Of a stretch of 64,000 nucleotides of DNA, positions 40,231 through 50,929 are shown in pieces. Each line of letters starts with the position of its first letter. Within the stretch, counting starts at the first letter, position 1. The DNA comes from Eledone cirrhosa (lineage: Eukaryota): positions 122,884,001-122,948,000 of the forward strand of contig OZ024740.1 of NCBI GenBank assembly GCA_964016885.1, given 5' to 3'. Position numbers and translations under genes: made by a program. The notes beneath the pieces were generated by a model. The model made no database searches and was not told the origin of the DNA. It saw only the letters and a list, made by a program, of their open reading frames with translations.

Positions 40231-40799
40231 GATAGAGAATAAATGATTAATGAGACCCCGTGATGTTTCAGGTTCCAATTGCTAAGGTTTGTTCCCTTCC
40301 AAACCCTTGTTGTGATCTCGAAATATGCAATCTTAGTGCATCTATCCTATGCCTCCCAGGATGGGTCACAGGCCCATCACTATATTTTACAGCATGAAAT
40401 GAAGATTGCAATATATTTTTGAAACAGTTCCTTTTCACCTAAGGATTGAACATATTCCTTGTTAACCTGCATGAAGGATGATGTGGTACAATTATTTTTG
40501 TTACCTCTCCCCATATTGCAGTGTTGGTGGTCTTATTCATGCTGGTGGTCTTATTCGGATCCACGAACATTGGACTTTTTGGGAGGCAGCTATTATTTGC
40601 CTCATCATAGCTACATCACTGAGTTGATAGAGCATTTTTGGGTGATAAAGTTGTTATCCATTGCCCTATTCCCCTAGTAGTTAACCACTGTTGGTCCAGA
40701 ATTACTTATTCATCTGGCAAGTGCCTGCTAATATCACAACAAAAAATCATATCTGGTGGCCATATCACTGTCTGTTATCCATTCTCTCGCAGCACAGTT

Positions 40800-42005
40800 C
40801 TGCCTCTCCAGTAAAGTCTATGCTGAATTTCTGGCAAAGAGATGTAGGGAGACAGTGGATGAAATAGTCACACTGCATCAGGTCTTTGAGAAATCATGGG
40901 AGTAGTGCCAAGAGGTGTATTCTGTTTTTATAGAACTCAAAAAGGCATATGACCACATTCCATAGGACATGCTGTGGAAGGTTCTGCAGGAAGATGGGAT
41001 TGATGGTCAACGTTTTGTTGCTCTGATGTCTATATGAATGCCTGAGTATTTGTATTTGGATAAATGGGGCGAAGGTGAAACTATTCCATGCAGATATCCA
41101 AGTCTGCAAAGGCTGTGTAATCTCACTTCTCATGTTCATTCCTTTCATGAAGAGAATTGACAGGAATAGCCAAGCTGGAAGGGGTATCATGACTGGCAGG
41201 TGTAGGATCTGTCAGCTGAAATTTGCAGATGACATGGTATTACTTAACTTGTCAGGAGGTGATATCCAACAAGCACTTGGTAGGTTCAATTCTGAGTGCT
41301 GCATGGCTGGAACAAAAATCAGTGCTGTGAAGACTGAGGCACTCATCCTCTTAAATAAGCCAGCACAGTGCACTCTACATAACAATGGAGTTCCATTGAA
41401 GCAGATGGAGAAGTTCAAGTGTCTCAGGGCTGTGTTCATGAGTGATGCTAAATTAAGTGCAAAAACTGCTGCAGCTTGTGCTGTAATGTACCAGCTTGAA
41501 CATTCAGTAATCAGAAGAAGGAATGTAGGTTTAAAAGCCAAACTCGATATCTTCAATTCAGTGTTCATGCCAATCCTTACCTATGGTCATGAATCTTGAA
41601 TAATGACAACACGAATATGATTGCAGATAAAGTGGAACAGAATGAGGTTCCTTCTAAGGTTCTTCTGAGTAATGTTACTCAATAAAGTGCATAGCTCAGA
41701 GATTAGAGAGTCACTCCATGTAGAGCCACTACTTCTCCGAATTGAGAGAGCACAGCTCTGATATTATGGGCATCTGTTTAGAATGTTGCAGGAAAGAATT
41801 GCTGGACAGATTTTATTGGCAAAACCAAGTGGCAGGAGACCCAGGAGCAAGCCCTGGCCAAGATGGTTGGATAACATCCATGAGCCTGGCTGCTCTTGAT
41901 TGGGGATCCAGCCAAATAAACTGCAGAAAGTTGCTTCTGAAGGACCTGCTGGATGAAGTGTTTGAGGACTCTGCCCCCACAATTAATAAATGAGAGAAGA
42001 AGATG
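40800..42005 (+). pseudogene. Old RTE-clade RT relic (second RTE family)
   Basis: ELKKAYDHIP, LKFADDMVLL, MEKFKCL and PILTYGHES in and around ORF 41075-41599. Confidence 0.8.
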
Positions 42006-42144
42006 AGGTCCTTTTGGGGTGTGTGACCATAGGCTATAGCTTATAGGTAAACCTAGCATTGATGTCATCCATATCTTTTATCCTTATGAGTAGATAATAT
42101 AGATAACTGTCAAGTACTGGGGCTGATATACTGACTTCTACACA

Positions 42145-42980
42145 TTCTACAAGATGTGTGGCCTTGTGCCTATGTTAAAATATACTTATACATCTTCTAC
42201 AAGATGTATGGCTTTGTGCCTATGTTAAAATGTACTTATACACCTTCTACAAGATGTATGGTTATGTGGCTATGTTAAAATGGCTTACAGTGCCGGCCGC
42301 ATTCCACGCCATGCTGCCCTCAACGAGGTCATTAAGTATGGCTTGGACGCTGCAGGCTTCCCTTCCCAGCTCAAGCCGGTGGTGCTGGATTGAGGGGATG
42401 GCAAAAGGCCAGATGGCATGACCATCTTCCCATTCCGCGGTGGCAAACCCCTCCTCTGGGATGCCATTAGCACCGACATTTTCTGCAGCCGCAACCTGGT
42501 GCTGTCTGCGACTGACCCAGGTTCTGCTGCACGTCAGGCTGAGGTGGCCAAACTCCTCAAATACCGGTCGCTCTCTGACAGGTTTGTGGTCATACCTCTG
42601 GCAGTGGAGACTTCTAGTGTCCTCAGCCCAAGGGCTGCCTCCGTACTCACCACCATAGGCGCTGAACTGGCTAGCCGCAGGTGTGAGCCCCCCGAGTTGG
42701 AGTGGCTTTTCCAGTGCGTCTCCCCTGCCGTCCTCCGGAGAAACGCCTTCTCCATTCTGTCCGCCGGGGCTGTGGGTGGGCCCTATCGCGTACCGTTGTA
42801 GTTGTTGTATACAGATATTAACTCATCAATCCTATTGTCCTAATAATATATATATATCTGTATGGCTTGTGCCTATGTTAAAATTTATTTATAAATGTAC
42901 GAGATGTATGGCCTAGTGTCTCTGTTAAAATTTACTTATGCAACTTCAACAAGGTATGTGGCCTTGTGCCTATATTACAA
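42145..42980 (+). repeat. ~50-bp minisatellite derived from a SINE 3' end, interrupted by a CRE-like fragment
   Basis: Unit TTCTACAAGATGTRTGGCYTTGTGCCTATGTTAAAATRTACTTATACAYC at 42145, 42195 and 42245. Three more degenerate units at 42858-42980. Confidence 0.85.
42286..42810 (+). mobile_element. 5'-truncated CRE-like LINE 3' end (restriction-like endonuclease)
   Basis: DGKRPDGMTIFPFRGGKPLLWDA...AKLLKY...PLAVETSSVL...FQCVSPAVLRRNA. Near-copy of 44985-45500. Confidence 0.8.
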
Positions 42981-43664
42981 ATCAATATATTACTGACTTC
43001 AACTTTAATTGATATCAGAAACATGCACCAAACTAAAGCATCTTGTCTGATTTATGCATTGACATTGTCTCTCATAAATCTTTATTAACAATAGAACTCA
43101 CAATACTCTTATATCATTAGCAAAGTAAAATAGTCTGTTTCTGTGTCTATGTGTGTGAGATTTGAAGGCTATTGATTATATTTGACCACTCAAACTGACA
43201 ATTTCCTATAACAACCAGCATGAGACAATCAATGCTTGGTACTTGGATATATCTAATGCCAATGTTGTTTTCTCATTGCTACAATCTCAGTTTATCCAAA
43301 GGAAATCCCCTAGATGTTCAGATACCACTCATTCTAAGTTTCCTCCTCATACTCCTCCTTATCCTTCTACTCCTACTATTGTTCCACCTACTACCCCATC
43401 TCTACTCATCCTATGCCTCTTTATCTTTCTCTTCCTCCCTCTCCACAGCTGCCAACTCTGCTGTCTCTGCCACCTCTACATCCCCCTCCCCAGTATGATT
43501 TATTTAGCCACTTTGGGAGATATGAACTTTATTGCATGGTCATGTGAATTCAATCATTGTTGGAAAATGTTAATAATCATTAGTTACTATTAGGAGCAAT
43601 CCTAAACTTCTTTTGTGGTGACACCTTTGGTGATATACATGAGGGCATTTTTGAAGAGCATGGA

Positions 43665-43882
43665 CACTCGGAGTAGTAGAATTATTAGCACATCAGACAA
43701 AATGGTTTGCAGCATTTTGTTACAACCCTCTATATTCTGAACTAAACTCCCATTGAAATCAACTAAGCATTTCATCATTCCAGGGTCGATAGAGAAAAGC
43801 ACCAGTCAGGTGTTTAGATCAATTCAATTGATCCAACACACACAAAAATTCCAAGTCTTGTATTTAAATAAGAAACCATTAT
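43665..43882 (+). mobile_element. Degenerate tRNA-type SINE
   Basis: TTTCATCATTCCAGGGTCGATAG...AGAAACCATTATT. Confidence 0.6.
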
Positions 43883-44029
43883 TTAACACCTAAACTTATA
43901 GTTACTGAGATGCAGACATTGTGACATTATTTAGAAAGAACGTCTTAGATAAGATAGTCTTGAGTAATAGTTTTTATATGATTTAGACTCATGAAACATT
44001 AACATAAAGTTATATTCTTAAATATCTAG

Positions 44030-45500
44030 ATGGTGGTTCCTGCTCTGGTGGGAATCGGCCTCCAGGTTAACTCAGCCAAATCAGAGGTGGTGAATGTTAG
44101 CCTCGATGCTGTGAGCTTTGCAGCCTCCATCTTGGACGTGCGGTCCATTCTCTGCCAGGTTCAGGTGACCCCCAAAGAGGATGTGCTCATCCTCAGGTCA
44201 CGGATCCACCCACCTCCCAGCCGCTCCACGATCAGGTCCAAGCTTCAACAGCTCCAGACTCTCACGAGCTGACTGGGCTTGATTGACGGCCACCCAGCTC
44301 TCTTTCTGCTGTGGAACTGCTTCGCCATGCCAAAGCTCCTCTATACACTCCGCAGCGCTCCGTGCTACACCCAGACATCTCTCCTCGCCGACCTCGATAC
44401 TTGTATCTGAGCAGCAGCCAAGGGGATATGCAACGTCAAGTTTGACGACATTGGGTTGCAACAGGCCACTTTACCTGTCAAGTATGGCGGCCTTGGCCTC
44501 CGTCCCCGATCTCACTAGCTTTGCCAGCGTATCTTTCGTCGGTAACCTCGTGCAACATCCTCATCAGCAGGGTTCTTCAAAACACAACAGAACCCTCTGT
44601 GTTCAGAGAACATGAGGCCGCCTGTGAGACGTGGGACCGGCTGGGACTTAGCCCAGTAGACGTCCCTCCTCCTTCTCCTCCTGTTGACGTCAAGTCTCCC
44701 CAACGCACTTGGGATGCCATCCAGTGCAGCCTGGCCTCAGACAGGCTCACACACCAGCTCGACCGGCACCATCTTGCTTGTATTCATGCAGTCTCCAAAC
44801 CCCACAGTGGTGCCTGGCTCCATGCCCTGCCCTCCTTTTCCACTGGCACGCAGCTAGACAACCATAGCCTGCACATCAGTGTTTCCCTGAGGCTCGGCCT
44901 CCAGATCTGCTAGTCACACCAATGTCACTGCAGTTCCACCATGGACTCTTTCAGCCTACATCCACTTTCCTGTCGCCACAGTGTCGACCACATTCCACAC
45001 CATGCTGCCCTAAACGAGGTCATTAAGCATGGCTTGGACGCTGCAGGCTTCCCTTCCCAGCTCAAGCCGGTGGGGCTGAATCGAGGGGACAGCAAAAGGC
45101 TAGATGGCATGACCATCTTCCCGTTCCACGGTGGCAAACCCCTCGTCTGGGATGCCACTTGCACCGACATTTTCTGCAGCCGCAAGCTGGTGCAGTCTGC
45201 GACTGACCCAGGTACTGCTGCACGTCAGGCCGAAGGAGCCAAACTCCTCAAATACTGGTCGCTCTCTGACAGGTTTGTGGTCATACCTCTGGCAGTGGAG
45301 ACTTCTGGTGTCCTCAGCCCCAGGGCTACCTCCTTACTCACCACCATAGGTGCTGAGCTGGCCAGCCGCAGGTGTGAGCTCCGTGAGTTGGAGTGGCCTT
45401 TCCAGCGCATCTCCCTTGCCGTCATCCGGGGAAATGCCTTCTTCATTCTGTCCACCGGGTCTGTGGGTGGGCCCCATTGTGTACCATTTTAGTTGTTGTA
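44030..45500 (+). mobile_element. 5'-truncated CRE-like non-LTR retrotransposon (end of RT, CCHC, restriction-like endonuclease)
   Basis: IGLQVNSAKSE, ATLPVKYGGLG, HSGAWLHALP, SLRLG, CHC..MD..HPLSC, RLDGMTIFPF..GKPLVWDATC, LAVETSG and QRISLAVIRGNA. Confidence 0.82.
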
Positions 45501-46129
45501 GAATAAACAGGAAGACAATTAATTATAGAAGCAATACTAATAGCATGGTACAATGCTGAAGCAAACACAAGGACAACACAAACTAGTCACAAACATAAAC
45601 ACCTGACTGGTGATATATAAACCTAAGTGTTAAATGCAACGAAAACTGAGATGCTCATTCTCCAAGCAAGCCTGACCAGTGCATGAGATGTAGTCTTGTA
45701 TTGAATGGGGCCAAATCGACTATCTGTCGTAATAATATACCATGTATTATTAAACACACACACACACACATAAACATATTAAAAAGTGCACTAGGAGCCT
45801 AAGTGTATGATAAAGATTTATCTTTATAAATACAGAGTGTGTAACTTAGACCACACAAGCGAATATATATATATATATAAGGGTAATTGCAGAAAATAAA
45901 CTTAATACATGGGTAGAGAGATCTATATTTTATTATAGGTAAAGAGCTATACCAGCGACTCACTTATCCATTCAGTTATAAGAACTAGATTGTAAGCATA
46001 CAGAAATACCCAATAAATGCCAGTTTTAAACTCCTTTATAACTGCTTAAAGGACAATGATAAAACAAAAGTGAGCTGAGGACTGAGTTCTCATAGAACCC
46101 CCACCTACATTTCAAATTCATCACTGTAT

Positions 46130-46720
46130 TCACTTCCAACTCTCACCTTGCTGAGTGCATCTGTATACATGACATGCATAGCTCTCACAAGACATTCATC
46201 TACCCCTAAATTCTTTGGTACACTTAACCAAGTACCCCTGTAGTTGTTTCAGCAGAAAGAGTGCCTATCTTATTGATAGTATGCCTATCTTATTGAATCC
46301 AAACTGCATCTCATCTAACATAACACTGTCTCTAATTACTTCTGCAGAAACTCTTTCAGTAACATTATGATCTAGCCCATCAACATGAGGTTTCTGTAGT
46401 AACTTTTTTCTTCTGCATTTCACTTACCCTTGTAGCATTTCAGAGTGATGTTACTTCACCATTCCTTAGGTATGACACTATCTTGTAATACTAGATTAAT
46501 TATGTGTCTGACTCTCTCATAACCTACTGTTCCAGATGCTTTTAACATCTTGGCAACTCTACCAGATGGTCCAACTCAACTTCCTTAGCTTCATATCCTT
46601 AATAGCTTTGTGTATCAATCGTTATGGCTGATCCCTACATTTAGCAGGCTCTTAATGTAAGAGTTCCATGCTTCTTTTGTCTCTGAATCAAACAGAGCAA
46701 GTGCTCAACTATCATTCTGA
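46130..46720 (-). pseudogene. Highly decayed RTE RT relic
   Basis: Reverse-complement similarity to 54370-54960 (GTAGATGAATGTCTTGTGAGAGCTATG; GATGAGATGCAGTTTGG; AGTTGCCAAGATGTTAAAAGC). Confidence 0.65.
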
Positions 46721-46866
46721 ACACACTTTTTTCCCAATTACATCATGGTTTTCTCTAGCACAATGTTGCGTCCCCAGATTACCTGGAGCTTAGTGTCTCC
46801 AGTTGAGTACTGAGTACCTAAAGGATTATATGATGATGATCATCATCATATATAATACATACATGT

Positions 46867-46869
<3 letters not shown>

Positions 46870-46940
<71 letters not shown>
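46870..46940. repeat. (TA)n(GA)n compound microsatellite
   Basis: Read directly from the sequence. Confidence 0.95.
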
Positions 46941-46943
<3 letters not shown>

Positions 46944-47825
46944 AGAGAGATGTATTTATATATATATAGCAAGACACGGTCACGTGACCCAACTTGTCTC
47001 AAATAGGACAACTTGTCAAAACCCATGATAGCTTGGAAAATGGACGTTAAACGATGATGGTGATGATGATGATATATGTTCATCTGGATAATTTCAGAAA
47101 CAAAACTTAATACATGGATAGTGAGATGTATATTTTATTATAGGTGTAGAGTTATACATTGACTCGAGGACCAGGAATTCTGTGCTTAAGATCACATTTT
47201 AAAGTGTATGTATATACATATATACTTATATATTTATAAATGTACATGAAGAATAAGTATCAATCTTCATTTTTTGTTGATCCTATATTGATCAGAAAAT
47301 GGAATGTTTTTGAGATGACTATTTATAATTAGATACACCGAAGCAAGCACCTACAAGCACATAAGATACATAAAAACACAACCACACTTTAATTTTATAT
47401 TTATCTTTATGTGTGTGAGTATATATGTGTTTGTATGTGTGTGAGTGTATGTGCTCAATTGAATAATGTTATTTTGTTAATTGTAAGTCTGATTTATTCA
47501 TGTGTATTGTTCAATTAGTAGTGTATTATACACAAGGCTCCATGGTAAGAAGTTTGGTAGCCTACAGCTAAAAAAAAAAAATAATAAAATAAAAGTTTCA
47601 GAATAGATAAATCTGTCTTTACAATAAAGTACACTAAAAATAAATTTGGTTGATTAATTGAGAACATAGACATTTATTTAAGGACAGATACAATACATAT
47701 GTAGAATCTGTCTAAGGATAGGCTCAATACAAAGTTATACAGATGAGTTTTATTTTGACTGCCTGGTTGTTCCATCCTGTCATTTCCACAGCATATCTAC
47801 TATAATCACATTATATATATATATA

Positions 47826-48012
47826 AGGGCGGTGGATTGGCTGTATCGGTAGAGGGTCGGACGCCATGCTTTGCAGCACAGTTACGTCCCTTTATGGATT
47901 GCGTTCAAATCCCGACGAGGTTAACATTGCCTTGTATCCTTACGGGGTCGATAAAATAAAGTACCAGTAATACACTGGGATAATTGCTGGCCTTGTGCCA
48001 AAAGTAGAAACA
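47826..48012 (+). mobile_element. Full-length young tRNA-type SINE in a (TA)n tract
   Basis: A-box-like TGGCTGTATCGG, B-box GTTCAAATCC, core CCTTGTATCCTTACGGGGTCGATAAAATAAAGTACCAG, 3' end GGCCTTGTGCCAAAAGTAGAAACA. Confidence 0.9.
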
Positions 48013-48038
48013 ATTATATATATATATATATATACAAT

Positions 48039-48237
48039 ATATTAATAAATGGAAACTATATTTATAAAACCATAATTATTTTATTATATATACTTCAAGG
48101 GCGACCAAGGTAAATTATGGTGCGCTTTCATCAGATAAAATACAGGTCTGTTTTATAAATAAATATTGACATCGCCCTTGAAATATATATAATAAAATAA
48201 TTATGGTTTTATAAATATAGTTTCCATTTATTAATAT
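48039..48237. repeat. ~66-bp inverted repeat (48039-48104 vs 48172-48237)
   Basis: Arms are reverse complements with about 1 mismatch. Confidence 0.92.
48077..48142 (-). ncRNA. Type I hammerhead ribozyme motif (one core substitution), Penelope-like
   Basis: Minus strand: TATTTTAT-CTGATGA-[AAGCGCACCA..TGGTCGCCCTT]-GAAG-TATAT-ATA-ATAAAATA. The inverted copy at 48172-48198 retains GAAA. Confidence 0.7.
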
Positions 48238-48255
48238 TGGATTCGCAGTAACATT

Positions 48256-48416
48256 AGAGGGTCGGACGCCATGCTTTCAAGCATAGTTACGTCCCTTTAC
48301 GATCTGAGTTCAAATCCCGCCGAGGTTGACTTTGCCTTTCATCCTTACGGGGTCGATAAAATAGAGTACCAGTAATGCACTGGGTAATTGCTGGCCTTGT
48401 GCCTAAAGTAGAAACA
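48256..48416 (+). mobile_element. 5'-truncated young SINE
   Basis: Matches 47851-48012. Confidence 0.9.
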
Positions 48417-48656
48417 ATTAATATATTGTATATTTACTCCACTTCTGTTGAGTGCTTTATATCAGTTATAAAAATGTTTAAGCTTGTTGAATCCCAACAA
48501 AATAAATATAACCTCTGCTTATATATATATATACCTTTTCCTACCCCGCGCCTCCTTTTTTCCCAACCTCATATATCCATCTTACTTTATTTTTCATATG
48601 TTAATTTAACACTTCACTGTTCGCAAGTGTTTTTTAAGCTTCATATCAAGTGTCCC

Positions 48657-48727
48657 TATTTTATCTGATGAGAACGCAAATATCATCCCATGATGATATT
48701 TGTTTTTGAAATGCACATAATAAAATA
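48657..48727 (+). ncRNA. Type I hammerhead ribozyme motif with intact core
   Basis: Helix I TATTTTAT/ATAAAATA. CTGATGA at 48665-48671. Helix II pairs at 15 of 16 positions, counting G-U (GAACGCAAATATCATC-CCAT-GATGATATTTGTTTTT). GAAA at 48708. Minimal helix III, ATA cleavage triplet. Confidence 0.82.
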
Positions 48728-48762
48728 CTTGGAACTCTTTTAACCATCTTTTGATCTTATAT

Positions 48763-48798
<36 letters not shown>

Positions 48799-49100
48799 GA
48801 TAAATCTACCAAAATATACGGTAGTGTCCAATCTGTATGAAGAACTCAATGTAATCCAAATATCATAAAAAGAGAAGATGTATTCAACATTTTTTCGATG
48901 AAAAACACAGGAAAACAGAGTCAAGATAAATTAATAAAAATAATGAATAAAAACAAAGAAACAGTTCCTTATATTAAAACATTCATCATTTTACGATCGT
49001 TTTTAGGATATATATGTGTGTGTTGGTATGTATATCATATAGATCTATATAAAATTTTTACAAACTATCAGAGGGAATATACATACCTACACATATATAT

Positions 49101-49516
49101 GCTGTCTTCAGAAATAATTGTTTCTACTTTAGGCACAAGGCCAGCAAATATCCAGTTCATTACTGGTACTTTATTTTATCGACCCCGTAAGGATGAAAGG
49201 CAAAGTCAACCTCGGCGGGATTTGAAGTCAGATCGTACAGGGACGTAACTATGCTGGAAAGCATGGTGTCCGACACTCTACCGATACTGCCAATCCACCG
49301 CTGTCTTCAGAAATAATTGTTTCTACTTTTGGCACAAGGCCAGCAATTACCCAGTTAATTACTGGTACTTTATTTTATCGACCCCGTAAGGATGAAAGGC
49401 AAAGTCAACCTCGGCGGGATTTGAACTCAGATCGTAAAGGGACGTAACTATGCTGGAAAGCATGGCGTCCGGCCCTCTACCGATACTGCCAATCCACCGC
49501 TGTCTTCAGAAATAAT
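49101..49516 (-). mobile_element. Head-to-tail SINE dimer with triplicated 18-bp target sequence
   Basis: GCTGTCTTCAGAAATAAT at 49101, 49300 and 49499, with SINE bodies in between. Confidence 0.93.
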
Positions 49517-50361
49517 GATATTTGTTTATTGAAAAAAACCAACAAAGATTTAATATAATAGGTCTGTTTGGGAACAGGTTTTGAATTGACCAATAGAAAA
49601 GTAGTAAGTGGTCAAGTTGATAGAATAGTAGTAATAGAAATTTAATTTAGGGGAATGCAGACTTTCGTTTTGAATGGAAAGAGTATTTTGAATGGAAAGA
49701 GTATTTTGAATGAAAAGATTACTTTGGCGATGAAAATAGGTCAAGCCAGTGAAAGGTACACGAAAATTTGATGTTATTAAAGAATAATGCTAATGTTAAA
49801 ATCTCTGAAGAATAAAATTTTACTACAAATGTGTTAGTGAAAAATATCAATCTTATTTAAAACATAAGGAATATAGATCTATAAAAAGAAATTAAATTAA
49901 TTTAATTGATAGGTATATTTATAGGGATAAATTTATATTAATTCATATAGATATGATAAATAAGAGTTAGATGTTATTAAAGAATGTTGTTAAAAACGAA
50001 GAAAAACAAATTTTTTTTTTGGGGGGGGGGCGATAAATGTATTAGTGAGAAATAACAAACTTATATAGATTATAAGGAATTTAGATTCATAACAGGAAAT
50101 TAAAATAGTTTATATGTATACTTATTGGTATAAATTTTAGGAAACAATAGCTGTAAAAAGGAAATAAAATTATGCAGTTCTTAGTAGTAGAATATTAATT
50201 ATAGGTTAACTAATTAAAAAAAATTAATTATAATAATTTGTAAAATATAAGTGTATATAAATTAGGTTTATAATATTTATCCTCATATATATATATCCTC
50301 ATCATCATCTTCATTTAACGTCCATCTTCCACGGTAGCATATATATATATATATATATATA

Positions 50362-50549
50362 GGGCGGTAGATTGGCAGTATCGGTAGACAGTCGGACGTC
50401 ATGCCTTACAGCATAGAGTTATGGCCCTTTATGGTCTGAGTTCAATCCCGTCAAGGTTAACCTTGCCTTTCATCCTTACAGGGTCGATAAAATAAAGTAC
50501 CAGTAATGCACTGGATTAATTGCTGGCCTTGTGCTAAAAGTAGAAACAA
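50362..50549 (+). mobile_element. Full-length young SINE in a (TA)n tract
   Basis: GGGCGGTAGATTGGCAGTATCGG...GTAGAAACA followed by ATTATATA. Confidence 0.9.
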
Positions 50550-50929
50550 TTATATATATATATATATGGTAGGTGTGTATAGGCAATTCACCAGTTAAAG
50601 CACTCAATGCTGTTACAAGGGTCTATCTAATGTGTGGTTAATAGTCTGCAAGCAGGAATGAAGTCAGGGTGGTGCTATGAGTAAATGTTATTAGCATATG
50701 ACAGTTATTTTGATATCGATCAGTTCAGGGTTTAATCATAATGATTAAGGCCTGCTGCTGCAATGACAACTTCTCGGATATGCAAGTTGATAAGCACAGA
50801 ACAGATTCAAACCTATATATGATAAACATCATCATCATCGTTTTATCATTCACTTTTCTATGTTAGCATGGGTTGGACGGGTCCTATGCATCACAACATC
50901 TCTCTACTTGTTGCATTTCTTCCTCATCT

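Noticed and set aside
42145-42282. Regularly spaced repeats as a CRISPR array (also 49101-49516)
   Set aside because: Eukaryotic context, no unique spacers and no cas genes; these are tandem repeats and TSDs.
45880-47165. ~85-bp degenerate direct repeat (45880-45960 vs 47086-47165) as LTRs
   Set aside because: No TG..CA termini, PBS or PPT, and the interior is an RTE relic; probably a local duplication or dispersed repeat.
47826-47915. tRNA-like A/B boxes in SINE heads
   Set aside because: No complete cloverleaf or acceptor stem; these are SINE promoters, not tRNA genes.
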